Below are positions 38,418 to 48,100 of a stretch of DNA of 64,000 nt, piece after piece. The notes below the pieces were generated by a model that saw nothing but the letters and a program-made list of their open reading frames with translations, had not been told where the DNA came from and did not search any database. This stretch comes from a virus. The translations under genes were made by a program, and so were the position numbers. The stretch covers positions 1 through 64,000 of the IMG/VR virus record IMGVR_UViG_3300020442_000007, one strand, 5' to 3'. The stretch's first letter is position 1, and each line of letters begins with the position of its first letter.

Positions 38418-39088
38418 AATTAAGAGAAATTTACAAAGAGGAAATGGGCATAGGCGGCATAGGCAGTAGTATGATAGCTGTCGCTCCTGTTGGCGTAGGA
38501 GGTATGCAAAAACGTAATCCAGATGGTACTGCTAAAAATGCATTAGATCAAGATAGCTTGTTAGGTAGCACAAAGAAGAAAAAGAAGAAGAAAAAACTAA
38601 GTGAAAACGATATTTCAAAATTAAAAAGTTTAGAAAAAGAACTAAAATCAACTGAGAAAAAAATACAAGCAGGTGATGTAAATTACACAGATAAAGCAAC
38701 AATTGATTTATTTAATAAGACTGCTCATACTATTGCGTCTATAAATTTTGAGCAAATGGCTGTTAATATGTTTAAAAAATTTGTAGAACAAGTTGACCTT
38801 GGTATAAAACAAGGAAAATATAGTGCAGAAGATTTGCCAAAAATGCAAAAAGCTAGAGATGAAATGGCAGCACAAATTCCAACACTAGAAAAATATGCGG
38901 CAAAAGCTAAAGAAAGAATAGCAAAAAATAAAGGAAATGAAGTTGGAATGGAAGATATGAGGATGAACAGTAAAGGTAAACTACAATACGATACTCCTTA
39001 TAGTGACTTTCCTAATGATCTTGAAGATGATTTAGACAATTTAAAAGCAGAATTTGACGCTATGCTAAAACAAATGACGAAACAGTAA
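38414..39088 (+). CDS. Putative internal head protein with poly-Lys tract
   Basis: MKLREIYKEE leader; TKKKKKKKKLSE. Confidence 0.55.
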   Translation: MKLREIYKEEMGIGGIGSSMIAVAPVGVGGMQKRNPDGTAKNALDQDSLLGSTKKKKKKKKLSENDISKLKSLEKELKSTEKKIQAGDVNYTDKATIDLFNKTAHTIASINFEQMAVNMFKKFVEQVDLGIKQGKYSAEDLPKMQKARDEMAAQIPTLEKYAAKAKERIAKNKGNEVGMEDMRMNSKGKLQYDTPYSDFPNDLEDDLDNLKAEFDAMLKQMTKQ

Positions 39089-39119
39089 TGCATAAATACT
39101 GTATCAAGGAGAATTAAAA

Positions 39120-39674
39120 ATGGCCAAACAAAATAAAAAAGGTTCTTCGATTAAAGAAGGGTTAGCTGACCTTGCACAAGTCGCTGAACGTGATCACGAA
39201 GTGCAAATGGCTAGAGCACAATTATACAAACTAGCCAAATATTCTATTAAGTTACATGAAATGCTTAAAACAGTTACTGAGCAAGAAGGCTTAGAAGGCT
39301 GGGTACAAGCTAAGATTACAAAAGCATCTGATTATATGAGTAGCGTATATCACCACTTAGATTATGATATGAAATTTGCAGAAGATGGTGTAGCAGAAGG
39401 ACTCACAGTAGGTAAAGACAAAAAGAAAGTCAAAGAAGGTGATGGAATATATCACGATTGTGCGAAAAGTTTTAAACATCCTACATATGGTGAATGTAAA
39501 GTAATTCCAGGTGAACATACATTATATGAAGATGGTACAGTAACACATTACGATGCAACATTTAAAAGTTGTGGACAAGATTATATTGTTAGAAATGTTC
39601 CAGTTGAAAAAATGACAGACGTAGTATACGAAGGTCATCATCATGCGGCAAGAAAAAACAAAAAGAAAAAATAG
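39120..39674 (+). CDS. Two-module hypothetical phage protein
   Basis: DHEVQMAR...LEGWVQAKIT module, then HDCAK...HYD module; late box upstream. Confidence 0.6.
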   Translation: MAKQNKKGSSIKEGLADLAQVAERDHEVQMARAQLYKLAKYSIKLHEMLKTVTEQEGLEGWVQAKITKASDYMSSVYHHLDYDMKFAEDGVAEGLTVGKDKKKVKEGDGIYHDCAKSFKHPTYGECKVIPGEHTLYEDGTVTHYDATFKSCGQDYIVRNVPVEKMTDVVYEGHHHAARKNKKKK

Positions 39675-39686
39675 CAAGGATATAAG

Positions 39687-40274
39687 ATGTCAGATTTTTA
39701 CGATATAAGTGCAAAAATGAAAGACCTATTTCCTTCTAATGCAGAAGAAGATAGAGCTGCTCTTACAGCTATGGCCAATGCTCCAGTAAAAGAAGATGTC
39801 AAAGTAGATCATATTAACGAAAGTGTATCTGTAAAAAAAGGCAGTTTACCAATAGACTTAGATTTACAAAGTTTTTCAAAATTAGCAGGTATAAATGAAA
39901 AACAAAAAGACGCAGATCAAGTACGAGGTTCAGAACCAACACCAGCTATGTCCAAGCCAGGCGGCAACGAAACTCCGCATCCAATGAAAGACAGACTTGT
40001 AGGGGACAGTATAGAAAACGATGAAGAAAGCACAGAAGGTATAAGCATTGTGCCTACAGGCAAAGATCCAATGGCTGACTTACAAACACAACTTAAAAGA
40101 GGAATGGATTTAGTATCCCAAGGATCGGCAATGATTGAAGATGCACAATCTAAAATGAAAGAAATGATGTCTAAGTTGAGTATGGAAAGTAAACCAAGTG
40201 TTAAGACATCAAACGAGTCAACAATAAATTCAATTAAACAAGAATTATTAGCCAAATTAAAAGCGAGTAAGTGA
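39687..40274 (+). CDS. Hypothetical low-complexity protein (scaffold/internal protein candidate)
   Basis: KLAGINE and several I/S-N-E sites. Confidence 0.55.
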   Translation: MSDFYDISAKMKDLFPSNAEEDRAALTAMANAPVKEDVKVDHINESVSVKKGSLPIDLDLQSFSKLAGINEKQKDADQVRGSEPTPAMSKPGGNETPHPMKDRLVGDSIENDEESTEGISIVPTGKDPMADLQTQLKRGMDLVSQGSAMIEDAQSKMKEMMSKLSMESKPSVKTSNESTINSIKQELLAKLKASK

Positions 40275-41443
40275 TGCGAGTACTAGAAGTACTAGAAGAA
40301 ACACTTGTATTAGAAAATCCTGAATCTACGGATGACGAGATTAAGAAACTGCAACGTTTTGGAATATCTGCAGACAACATAGATGATTATAAAAAGAAAT
40401 CTACTCTAACAAAAAATTGGCAAACAACATCATTTAGTAAAGATGCTTGGTTCTTAATTTTTGCATTATCTAATAGCAATAGATATGCAGAAACACGCAT
40501 AGGAATCATAAAAAAGAATTTTGATTATTGGTATAAAAAATTAGTTGAGCAACCTAAACCAGACTATTCTATATCATTCTGGCTACAACAGGCATTGGCC
40601 CTTGCTAAATTACAATTAGTTTCTTCAAGTGCAGAAGATATTGTTACAGAATTAATAGGAAGAGTGCAGAATGTGTTAGGTATCACTATTGGTCCTGCTT
40701 GGCAAGCGGATGGCACAAGTGTAAAAAATATTAAAGAGCCATACAAAGATTTTTATGCAAGATTTTTACAAATACTAGGTGCGGCACCTCAAGATTATAA
40801 CTTTGGTAAAGATCCAACAGACCCAGTTGATCAGACAGATATAGACAAAGAGATTCCTCCGTATTCAGTCAAAGAAGCGAATCAAATTGCGGCTAGGTTA
40901 GAAGATGCATTAGATGGTGCATGGAGTGTCTCCCAATTATACAATTGGAGTGCTGATTTTGATGATGATGAAGTGCTAAGTATTTTATTAACAATTAAGT
41001 CTAACACCAATTGGGATCTTGTGCAAAAATCATATAAAGAATTATATGACGAAGATCTTATAGAAGAAATAAAAGACGAACTTGGTCCTAAAAGTATAGC
41101 AACTTTAAATAAACACTTAGTTGGAATAAAAGCAAAAAGTTTAGATCCAAAAAGCATCACTTCATATTCTGACAAACGTGATGGCTATGTAGTTGAATCT
41201 CCACAAGAATTGCTCAAAATAATCAAAGGATTTGAAGAGTACTTTTTCAAACAAGAACCAAAATACAAAAAATTTGCTGAGTCAAAAAGTGGTAAATCTG
41301 CACATCTTGCATTTAGCAAAAATATGTTAGATGAAATGAAAAAGCAGTTCAAAAAAGACAACAGGATTACTGTACGTGATATAAAAAGAATTTTTGCCAA
41401 ACATCGTGACGGTTTTAAGAAAACTGCTGATAATCTCTTATAA
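40271..41443 (+). CDS. Putative internal head protein with annexin-like repeat
   Basis: MRVLEVLEE leader; AARLEDALDG...DDEVLSILL..SN...YKELYDEDLIEEIKDELG. Confidence 0.6.
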   Translation: MMRVLEVLEETLVLENPESTDDEIKKLQRFGISADNIDDYKKKSTLTKNWQTTSFSKDAWFLIFALSNSNRYAETRIGIIKKNFDYWYKKLVEQPKPDYSISFWLQQALALAKLQLVSSSAEDIVTELIGRVQNVLGITIGPAWQADGTSVKNIKEPYKDFYARFLQILGAAPQDYNFGKDPTDPVDQTDIDKEIPPYSVKEANQIAARLEDALDGAWSVSQLYNWSADFDDDEVLSILLTIKSNTNWDLVQKSYKELYDEDLIEEIKDELGPKSIATLNKHLVGIKAKSLDPKSITSYSDKRDGYVVESPQELLKIIKGFEEYFFKQEPKYKKFAESKSGKSAHLAFSKNMLDEMKKQFKKDNRITVRDIKRIFAKHRDGFKKTADNLL

Positions 41444-41475
41444 TTCAAAATATTTTCATATCCCAAATAAAATGC

Positions 41476-41504
41476 TTGACTTTCTGTTAAGTATCTAGTA
41501 TAAT
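41476..41504 (+). promoter_or_regulatory. Sigma70-type promoter
   Basis: TTGACT-17-TATAAT before the DsbA-like/polymerase operon. Confidence 0.85.
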
Positions 41505-41534
41505 ATACAATAACTAATAACTAAGGAGATACCT

Positions 41535-41795
41535 ATGAGTGACCGTACCTATGGCGTAGAAGAAAAAGCCAAATTAGAAAGGCTTGTTAACGAAGGTGTT
41601 ACTGTTCTTCAAGAGATTGAAGATTTAAATGAAGGACTCAAAGATACTGTGAAAGCAGTAGCTGAAGAGTTAAATATTAAACCAAGTTTAATTAATAAAG
41701 CAATTAAGATTGCACAAAAAGGTGATTGGGCCGCACATGCTGATGCGTTTGATGATCTTGAAACACTAGTTGTAACTGTTGGCAAGGACAAGTAA
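41535..41795 (+). CDS. Small dsDNA-binding protein (T4 DsbA/GapR-like)
   Basis: Helical EIEDLNEGLKDTVKAVAEELNIKPSLINKAIKIA; upstream of the polymerase behind a sigma70 promoter. Confidence 0.65.
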   Translation: MSDRTYGVEEKAKLERLVNEGVTVLQEIEDLNEGLKDTVKAVAEELNIKPSLINKAIKIAQKGDWAAHADAFDDLETLVVTVGKDK

Positions 41796-41797
41796 GT

Positions 41798-42079
41798 TTG
41801 GACAGAATAATAAGTTTTTTCAAAGAGAGCCATCGTCTCAGTCCGACAGCATTCTATTGCGAGATGGCCGAAGCAACTTTTTTAATTTCAGCAAGTGCAA
41901 TTTTGACATTTACTGTATTAGACCCTGCAACTAAAATTTTTATACCAATGTATTTTGTTGGTAGTATATTAGGTGTAATTAGTGCAGTAATAAGGCAAGC
42001 CGCATTTGTAATTGTATTGTGTAGTTGGTTTACACTTATGAATGCAATAGCATTAGTAAAGTTATTTTTTATAGGATAA
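41798..42079 (+). CDS. Small membrane protein
   Basis: About three hydrophobic segments. Confidence 0.6.
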   Translation: MDRIISFFKESHRLSPTAFYCEMAEATFLISASAILTFTVLDPATKIFIPMYFVGSILGVISAVIRQAAFVIVLCSWFTLMNAIALVKLFFIG

Positions 42080-42082
42080 GAT

Positions 42083-44752
42083 ATGAGTTATGTAGATGCA
42101 ATTTTTGATCGTGATGCTGACATTATTAGAGCAGTAGAACGCAGAGACGGCAAAAGAAAATTCACAGAGTATCCTATCAAGTATACATTTTACTATGAAG
42201 ATCCTAGAGGAAAATACAAGAGTGTTTATGGTGATCCTCTTACTAGAGTTGTTTGTAAAACAACAAAAGACTTTAGGAAAGAAGTTGCCATAAACAATTC
42301 TAAAAAATTATTTGAAAGTGATATCAATCCTATCTTCCAATGTTTGAGTGAAAACTATCTCAATCAAGATGCACCTAAACTAAACATTGCGTTTTTCGAT
42401 ATTGAGACTGACTTTGATCCAGAGCGTGGCTTTGCTGATCCAAGTGATCCGTTCATGCCAGTGACATCTATAAGTGTATATCTACAATGGATGGAAACAA
42501 TGGTATGTTTAGCAGTCCCTCCTAAAACACTCACTATAGAGCAAGCTAAAGTAGAACTTGAAGGCATTGAAAATGTAATGTTGTTTGAAAAAGAAAGTGA
42601 AATGATTGATACTTTCTTAACACTTATTGAAGATGCAGATATACTATCGGGTTGGAACAGTGAAGGTTATGATATTCCATATCTCATAAACAGAACAAGT
42701 CGTGTACTTTCTAAGGATGATACAAGACGTTTTTGTTTATGGCAACAACTTCCAAAGAAACGTGAATTTGAAAAATATGGAAAAACAGCTGAAACCTATG
42801 ACCTAGTAGGCAGAGTGCATTTAGATAGTTTAAACTTATATCGTAAATACACATATGAAGAAAGACACAGTTACAGACTTGATGCAATCGGAGAAGTTGA
42901 AATTGGCGAAACTAAAGTTCCTTATGAAGGCACTTTGGATCAATTGTACAACAATGACTTTAGAAAGTTCATTGAATACAACATACAAGATACCGCACTA
43001 TTGGACAAGCTGGACAAAAAGCTAAGATTTATTGATCTTAGCAATGAACTTGCACATGCAAATACTGTTTTGCTACAGACCACTATGGGTGCAGTTGCAG
43101 TTACAGAACAAGCGATTGTTAACGAAGCACATCACAGAGGACTTCAAGTTCCAAACAGAAAAAAACGTGACGACGAAAGTACAGCCGCGGCAGGTGCTTA
43201 TGTTGCATTTCCTAAAAAAGGTTTACACAAATGGATTGGCTCTATGGACTTAAACAGTCTATATCCAAGTGTAATTCGTGCATTGAATATGGCTCCAGAA
43301 ACTATTGTAGGACAAATCCGTCCTGATATAAGTGATGCTCGAGTACACGAAGATATAAATTTGAAAAAGAAGTCATTTGCTGGTAGCTGGGAAGGACGTT
43401 TCAGCACAGAAGAATATGAAGCAGTAATGGACAAACGTAAAGATGTTGCACTTACAATTGACTTTGAAAATGGGCAAACAGAAGTACTGAGCGGTGCAGA
43501 GATTAACAAACTTATTTTTGATAGTAATAATCCTTGGATGCTTTCATCTAATGGTACTATTTTTACAACAGAATTTGAAGGTGTGATTCCAGGTATTCTA
43601 AAACGTTGGTATGCTGAAAGAAAAGAATTACAAGCACAACTAAAAAAAGCAAAAGACGCAGGCAATGCTATAGAAACTGAATACTGGGATAAAAGGCAAC
43701 TTGTTAAAAAGATTAACCTAAATAGTTTGTATGGTGCTATCCTAAATCCAGGTTGCAGATTCTTTGATAAACGTATAGGACAATCTACAACACTCTCAGG
43801 TAGAACTATTGTAAAACACATGAGTGCAGAAGTAAACAAAGTAATTACAGGTACTTATGATCACACAGGTGAAGCAGTTATATATGGTGATACAGATTCT
43901 GTATATTTTAGTGCCTTTCCAACTCTTAAGAAAGACATAGAGTCTGGTACTATTCCTTGGTCGAAGGAAAATGTAATTACACTTTATGATCAAGTAGCGG
44001 AAGCGGCTAACGATACATTTGAAGACTTTATGTATGATGCATTTCATTGTCCAAAAAGTAGAGCTGAAGTAATTGCGGCAGGTAGAGAAATTGTTGCAGA
44101 AAGCGGATTGTACATTACTAAAAAACGTTATGCGGCACTAGTGTATGACGTAGAAGGTTTTAGAAGTGACGTAGACGGCAAGCCAGGTAAAGTAAAAGCA
44201 ATGGGCTTAGACTTGCGTAGATCAGATACGCCTGTGTTCATGCAAGAATTCTTAAGTGAAATATTAATGATGGTGTTACAAGAAAAACCACAAGAAGATG
44301 TATTACAACGTATTACACAGTTTAGAAAAGAATTTAGTGAACGTCCTGGATGGGAGAAAGGTTCGCCTAAACGTGCAAACAAGATTGGACACTATCAACG
44401 TCTTGAAGAAAAACAAGGCAAAGCAAATATGCCCGGACACGTTCGAGCAAGTATAAATTGGAATACATTGAAACGTATGAATGGTGACAAGTATTCGCAA
44501 GAGATTGTGGATGGTATGAAGGTTATTGTTTGTAAGCTAAAACAAAATCCATTAGGTTATACTTCAGTGGCGTACCCAACAGACGAGTTGCACATTCCAG
44601 AATGGTTTAAAGAACTTCCGTTTGATGATGCGGCAATGGCAGAAACAATTATTGATAATAAACTTGGAAATTTAATAGGTGTTCTTAATTACCCACTTGA
44701 AGATACAAAACAACATAATACTTTTAACAGCTTGTTTGATTTTGGAGGATAA
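42083..44752 (+). CDS. Family B DNA polymerase (T4 gp43-like)
   Basis: FFDIET (exo I), DLNSLYPS, KINLNSLYG, YGDTDS, KKRYA. Confidence 0.96.
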   Translation: MSYVDAIFDRDADIIRAVERRDGKRKFTEYPIKYTFYYEDPRGKYKSVYGDPLTRVVCKTTKDFRKEVAINNSKKLFESDINPIFQCLSENYLNQDAPKLNIAFFDIETDFDPERGFADPSDPFMPVTSISVYLQWMETMVCLAVPPKTLTIEQAKVELEGIENVMLFEKESEMIDTFLTLIEDADILSGWNSEGYDIPYLINRTSRVLSKDDTRRFCLWQQLPKKREFEKYGKTAETYDLVGRVHLDSLNLYRKYTYEERHSYRLDAIGEVEIGETKVPYEGTLDQLYNNDFRKFIEYNIQDTALLDKLDKKLRFIDLSNELAHANTVLLQTTMGAVAVTEQAIVNEAHHRGLQVPNRKKRDDESTAAAGAYVAFPKKGLHKWIGSMDLNSLYPSVIRALNMAPETIVGQIRPDISDARVHEDINLKKKSFAGSWEGRFSTEEYEAVMDKRKDVALTIDFENGQTEVLSGAEINKLIFDSNNPWMLSSNGTIFTTEFEGVIPGILKRWYAERKELQAQLKKAKDAGNAIETEYWDKRQLVKKINLNSLYGAILNPGCRFFDKRIGQSTTLSGRTIVKHMSAEVNKVITGTYDHTGEAVIYGDTDSVYFSAFPTLKKDIESGTIPWSKENVITLYDQVAEAANDTFEDFMYDAFHCPKSRAEVIAAGREIVAESGLYITKKRYAALVYDVEGFRSDVDGKPGKVKAMGLDLRRSDTPVFMQEFLSEILMMVLQEKPQEDVLQRITQFRKEFSERPGWEKGSPKRANKIGHYQRLEEKQGKANMPGHVRASINWNTLKRMNGDKYSQEIVDGMKVIVCKLKQNPLGYTSVAYPTDELHIPEWFKELPFDDAAMAETIIDNKLGNLIGVLNYPLEDTKQHNTFNSLFDFGG

Positions 44753-45160
44753 ATGCAGAAAAAAAATATAAAAAGCAAATTACATTGGACTACTGAAGTA
44801 AGTGAAAAAGGTTTACTTGCAGTGATTGGTGCTCTTACAATGGTAGCCGCTGGCTTAGATATATACGAAATGGTGGTTGTAGAAATGAAAATTGAATTAG
44901 CTGATTTATTTTTACTATTCATTTATGCAGAAATAGTTGGCATGGTGGGTGCTTTTTATGCAAGTAACAGAATACCTGTAACATTACCTATTGTTATTGC
45001 AATAACTGCCTTATGTAGACTAATTGTTTTGAATAGTAAAGATGCTGATCCTTGGTTACTTGTAGCAGAAGCGACTGCAATACTTGTATTAGCTGGTGCG
45101 GCATATTTAATGAGCATGAAGGATAAATTAAGTCTAGAAAAAGAAAGATTACGTAAATGA
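44753..45160 (+). CDS. psiE: Phosphate-starvation-inducible PsiE-family membrane protein
   Basis: LADLFLLFIYAEIVGMV...IPVTLPIVIAITALCRLI. Confidence 0.75.
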   Translation: MQKKNIKSKLHWTTEVSEKGLLAVIGALTMVAAGLDIYEMVVVEMKIELADLFLLFIYAEIVGMVGAFYASNRIPVTLPIVIAITALCRLIVLNSKDADPWLLVAEATAILVLAGAAYLMSMKDKLSLEKERLRK

Positions 45161-45498
45161 AACTACATATAAATGATATAGGCGGCGAAATTGCAAAAGA
45201 AGATGAAAGATATGTTGTAAAAGATAACACAACACTTAAAAATCTAATACTCAGTAGCACAGATTTGAAAGCAATGAAATGTACGACTGGTCATGCACAT
45301 GTAGGACAAGAAGAAATCTATAATTTTGTTAAAGGTTCGGGCAGAATGGAAATGATTGATCTCAACGGTTCTAAATATGATATTCCTTTTAAAGAAGGTG
45401 ACGTAATTTTAATTCCAGATGGCTGGTTTCATCGTGTACATGCAGGACCTTTCGGTACTTACTTTGTATGTATATTTGATGGTAAAAGGAAATATTAA
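45157..45498 (+). CDS. Cupin-domain protein
   Basis: GHAH...EEIY...GDVILIPDGWFHRV. Confidence 0.8.
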   Translation: MKLHINDIGGEIAKEDERYVVKDNTTLKNLILSSTDLKAMKCTTGHAHVGQEEIYNFVKGSGRMEMIDLNGSKYDIPFKEGDVILIPDGWFHRVHAGPFGTYFVCIFDGKRKY

Positions 45499-45902
45499 TG
45501 AAAGTAGGATTTACTTGTTCAACTTTTGACTTACTACATGCTGGTCATGTTATAATGCTTCGTGAAGCAAAAGAACAATGTGATTATCTTATTTGCGGAT
45601 TACAAATTGATCCAAGTATAGATAGAGCAGACAAGAACGCACCTATTCAAACTGTAGTTGAAAGATACACGCAATTAAAAGGTGTAGAGTATGTAGATGA
45701 GATTATTCCGTATGGAACAGAAGCTGATCTTGAAGATATATTAAGTATGTACCCAATTGATATAAGAATATTAGGTGAAGAATATAGAGATAAAGATTTT
45801 ACAGGTAAAGATATCTGTAGGAAAAGAGATATAAAATTACATTTTAACAAAAGAGACCATAGATTTAGCTCTAGCGATTTAAGGAGAAGGGTTTGTGAAT
45901 AA
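45498..45902 (+). CDS. Glycerol-3-phosphate cytidylyltransferase-like (TagD family)
   Basis: STFDLLHAGH, YVDEI, RFSSS. Confidence 0.85.
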   Translation: MKVGFTCSTFDLLHAGHVIMLREAKEQCDYLICGLQIDPSIDRADKNAPIQTVVERYTQLKGVEYVDEIIPYGTEADLEDILSMYPIDIRILGEEYRDKDFTGKDICRKRDIKLHFNKRDHRFSSSDLRRRVCE

Positions 45903-46611
45903 ACAAAATAAATTTATATTTGATGTAGACGGAACATTAACTCCAAGTAGATGTCAAATAGATATGGACTTTGCAGTATACTTTACAGATTTTTGTACAG
46001 ATAATCATGTATATCTAGTAACAGGTAGTGACAGAGAAAAAACTTTAGAACAGGTAGGTGAGGAGATATACAGTCTTGCAAAAAGGGTATATAATTGTTC
46101 AGGAAGTGATGTTTGGGAAGGTGAAAAAAATGTTTACACAAGCGATTGGAAACTACCAGAGCAGGCTAGAGAATGGTTGACAAAAGAATTAAAATCTAGT
46201 TCATTTCCATTAAGAACAGGTATACATATTGAGGATAGACCAGGAATGGTTAACTTCAGTATAGTTGGTCGTAATGCAACAATGGGTGAACGAAAGCTAT
46301 ACGTAAGATATGATACTGCAAACGAAGAAAGAGTAAAAATTGCAAAAGAATTTAAAAAACGGTTTCCTGATATTGAAGCAGTAGTCGGCGGTGAAACCGG
46401 CATAGACATATTTCCAGTAGGCAAAGATAAAGCTCAAATCGTAGAGGACTTTAATAAAAAAGATAAATTATATTTTTTCGGTGATAGAATGGATAAGGAC
46501 GGTAATGACTATTCCTTATCTAAAAAAGTACACTATGCTAGATCAGTTACTGGTTGGCAACAAACTAAAGAAACATTATGCTATCTACAAGAGGCGGGAA
46601 TAGCCGCATGA
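45895..46611 (+). CDS. HAD-IIB phosphomannomutase-like enzyme
   Basis: FDVDGTLTPSR, VTGSD, NFSIVGR, GGETGIDIFP, FFGD...GNDY. Confidence 0.8.
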   Translation: MNKQNKFIFDVDGTLTPSRCQIDMDFAVYFTDFCTDNHVYLVTGSDREKTLEQVGEEIYSLAKRVYNCSGSDVWEGEKNVYTSDWKLPEQAREWLTKELKSSSFPLRTGIHIEDRPGMVNFSIVGRNATMGERKLYVRYDTANEERVKIAKEFKKRFPDIEAVVGGETGIDIFPVGKDKAQIVEDFNKKDKLYFFGDRMDKDGNDYSLSKKVHYARSVTGWQQTKETLCYLQEAGIAA

Positions 46612-47333
46612 AAATATTAATCACAGGTCATGAAGGCTTTATTGGTAAAGTTCTTTTTGACAGACTGTGGCACAAAGGTCATGAACTAATAGGTTTAGAT
46701 ATAAAAAAAGGAGATGATATTACTAAGTGTTCCTTAGAATTTACAGATCTAGATTTAATTATACATTTAGCTGGTAAAAGTGGAGTAAGAGAAAGTTTAA
46801 ATAATCCTGGCGATTATTGGACAACAAACGTTGAAGGCACAAGAAGAATATTTGAAAGATTTAAAAAAGTAAAAATATTGTATGCAAGTTCCAGTAGTGC
46901 ATACGAGCCTACACTTAATCCGTATGCGGCTTCAAAATTTATAATGGAACAAATTGCACCACCTAATAGTTTAGGTATGAGATTTCATACTGTTTATTCA
47001 GACACCCCTAGAAAAGGAATGTTCTTAGACAAATTATTGAAAAATAAATTAGAATATGTAACTAATCACAAAAGAGATTTTATACATATAGAAGACTTGT
47101 GTGATGCTATTGAATTATTATTTGGTAAAGATTTAAACGGAATAATAGATATTGGGACAGGAATAAGTGTTAAAGTCCAAGATCTTGCACCTAATGTTCC
47201 TATCCGTCTAAATACTAAAAATGAAAGGTTATATACACAGGCAAACATACAAACATTACGGAATTTGGGCTTTAAACCTAAATACAACATAGAAAAGTTC
47301 TTGACAAACAAGAATTTAGGCACTATAATATAA
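46608..47333 (+). CDS. NAD-dependent sugar epimerase/dehydratase
   Basis: ILITGHEGFIG, ASSS, YAASK; start at ATG 46608 (ATGA overlap). Confidence 0.85.
   Translation: MKILITGHEGFIGKVLFDRLWHKGHELIGLDIKKGDDITKCSLEFTDLDLIIHLAGKSGVRESLNNPGDYWTTNVEGTRRIFERFKKVKILYASSSSAYEPTLNPYAASKFIMEQIAPPNSLGMRFHTVYSDTPRKGMFLDKLLKNKLEYVTNHKRDFIHIEDLCDAIELLFGKDLNGIIDIGTGISVKVQDLAPNVPIRLNTKNERLYTQANIQTLRNLGFKPKYNIEKFLTNKNLGTII
47301..47329 (+). promoter_or_regulatory. Sigma70-type promoter
   Basis: TTGACA-17-TATAAT before clamp-dpdA. Confidence 0.85.
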
Positions 47334-47356
47334 ACAATACAAATGGAGAAATAGGC

Positions 47357-48100
47357 ATGAAAGACATTTTACAAGACATAGTATCGCATACACATTCTTT
47401 AGGTTTCCTTAACCTAGTTAAAGTTTCCGCTGACAATGATAATACAACTATAGATTCAATGGCAGAAGACAGATCAGTGATACTATCATCGCAAACACAT
47501 AATAAAGTATCTGAATTTGATGGAACTTTTGGTATGCCTAACTTAGATAAGTTAGCATTACATTTAAAGAATCCTGAATATCAAAAAGATGCAAAACTAG
47601 AAGTAGTAAAAGCTGATAGAAACGGCGAAGAAATTCCTACACATATTCACTTTGAAAATGCTACTGGTGATTTCCAAAATGATTATCGTTTTATGAACAA
47701 ACAAATCATTGAAGAAAAATTAAAAACAGTAAAGTTTAAAGGTGCTCAATGGAATGTATCATTCAAACCAACTATTGCCGCAATAAACAGAATGAAATTA
47801 CAAAGTGCAGCACACTCTGAAGAACCAACTTTCAATGTAAAAACTGAAGACACAGGTGGGGCTACAGACTTAATTTTTAGCTTTGGCGATTCTGCTACAC
47901 ATGCTGGAAGTTTTGTATTCCAGAATGCAGTAGAAGGTAAATTAAGTCATACTTGGAGTTGGCCTGTTGCACAAGTTCAATCAATCCTTAATCTGGATGG
48001 AGAATTAACTATGAGCATAAGCGACCAAGGAGCAATGCAAATTAGTGTTGATAGTGGTATGGCAAAATACGACTATATTCTACCAGCTCAGAGTAAATAA
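47357..48100 (+). CDS. Putative DNA polymerase sliding clamp (gp45/PCNA-like)
   Basis: 247 aa alternating beta/alpha pattern, C-terminal YILPA; clamp loader and PolB are in the window. Confidence 0.6.
   Translation: MKDILQDIVSHTHSLGFLNLVKVSADNDNTTIDSMAEDRSVILSSQTHNKVSEFDGTFGMPNLDKLALHLKNPEYQKDAKLEVVKADRNGEEIPTHIHFENATGDFQNDYRFMNKQIIEEKLKTVKFKGAQWNVSFKPTIAAINRMKLQSAAHSEEPTFNVKTEDTGGATDLIFSFGDSATHAGSFVFQNAVEGKLSHTWSWPVAQVQSILNLDGELTMSISDQGAMQISVDSGMAKYDYILPAQSK

Noticed and set aside
38571-38597. A-rich tract as a phase-variation or slippage site
   Set aside because: It is made of mixed AAG/AAA codons encoding poly-Lys in an intact frame, so a protein-level basic patch explains it better.
42083-44752. 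Intein or intron in the DNA polymerase
   Set aside because: 889 aa with normally spaced motifs; no intein-like insertion or interruption evident.
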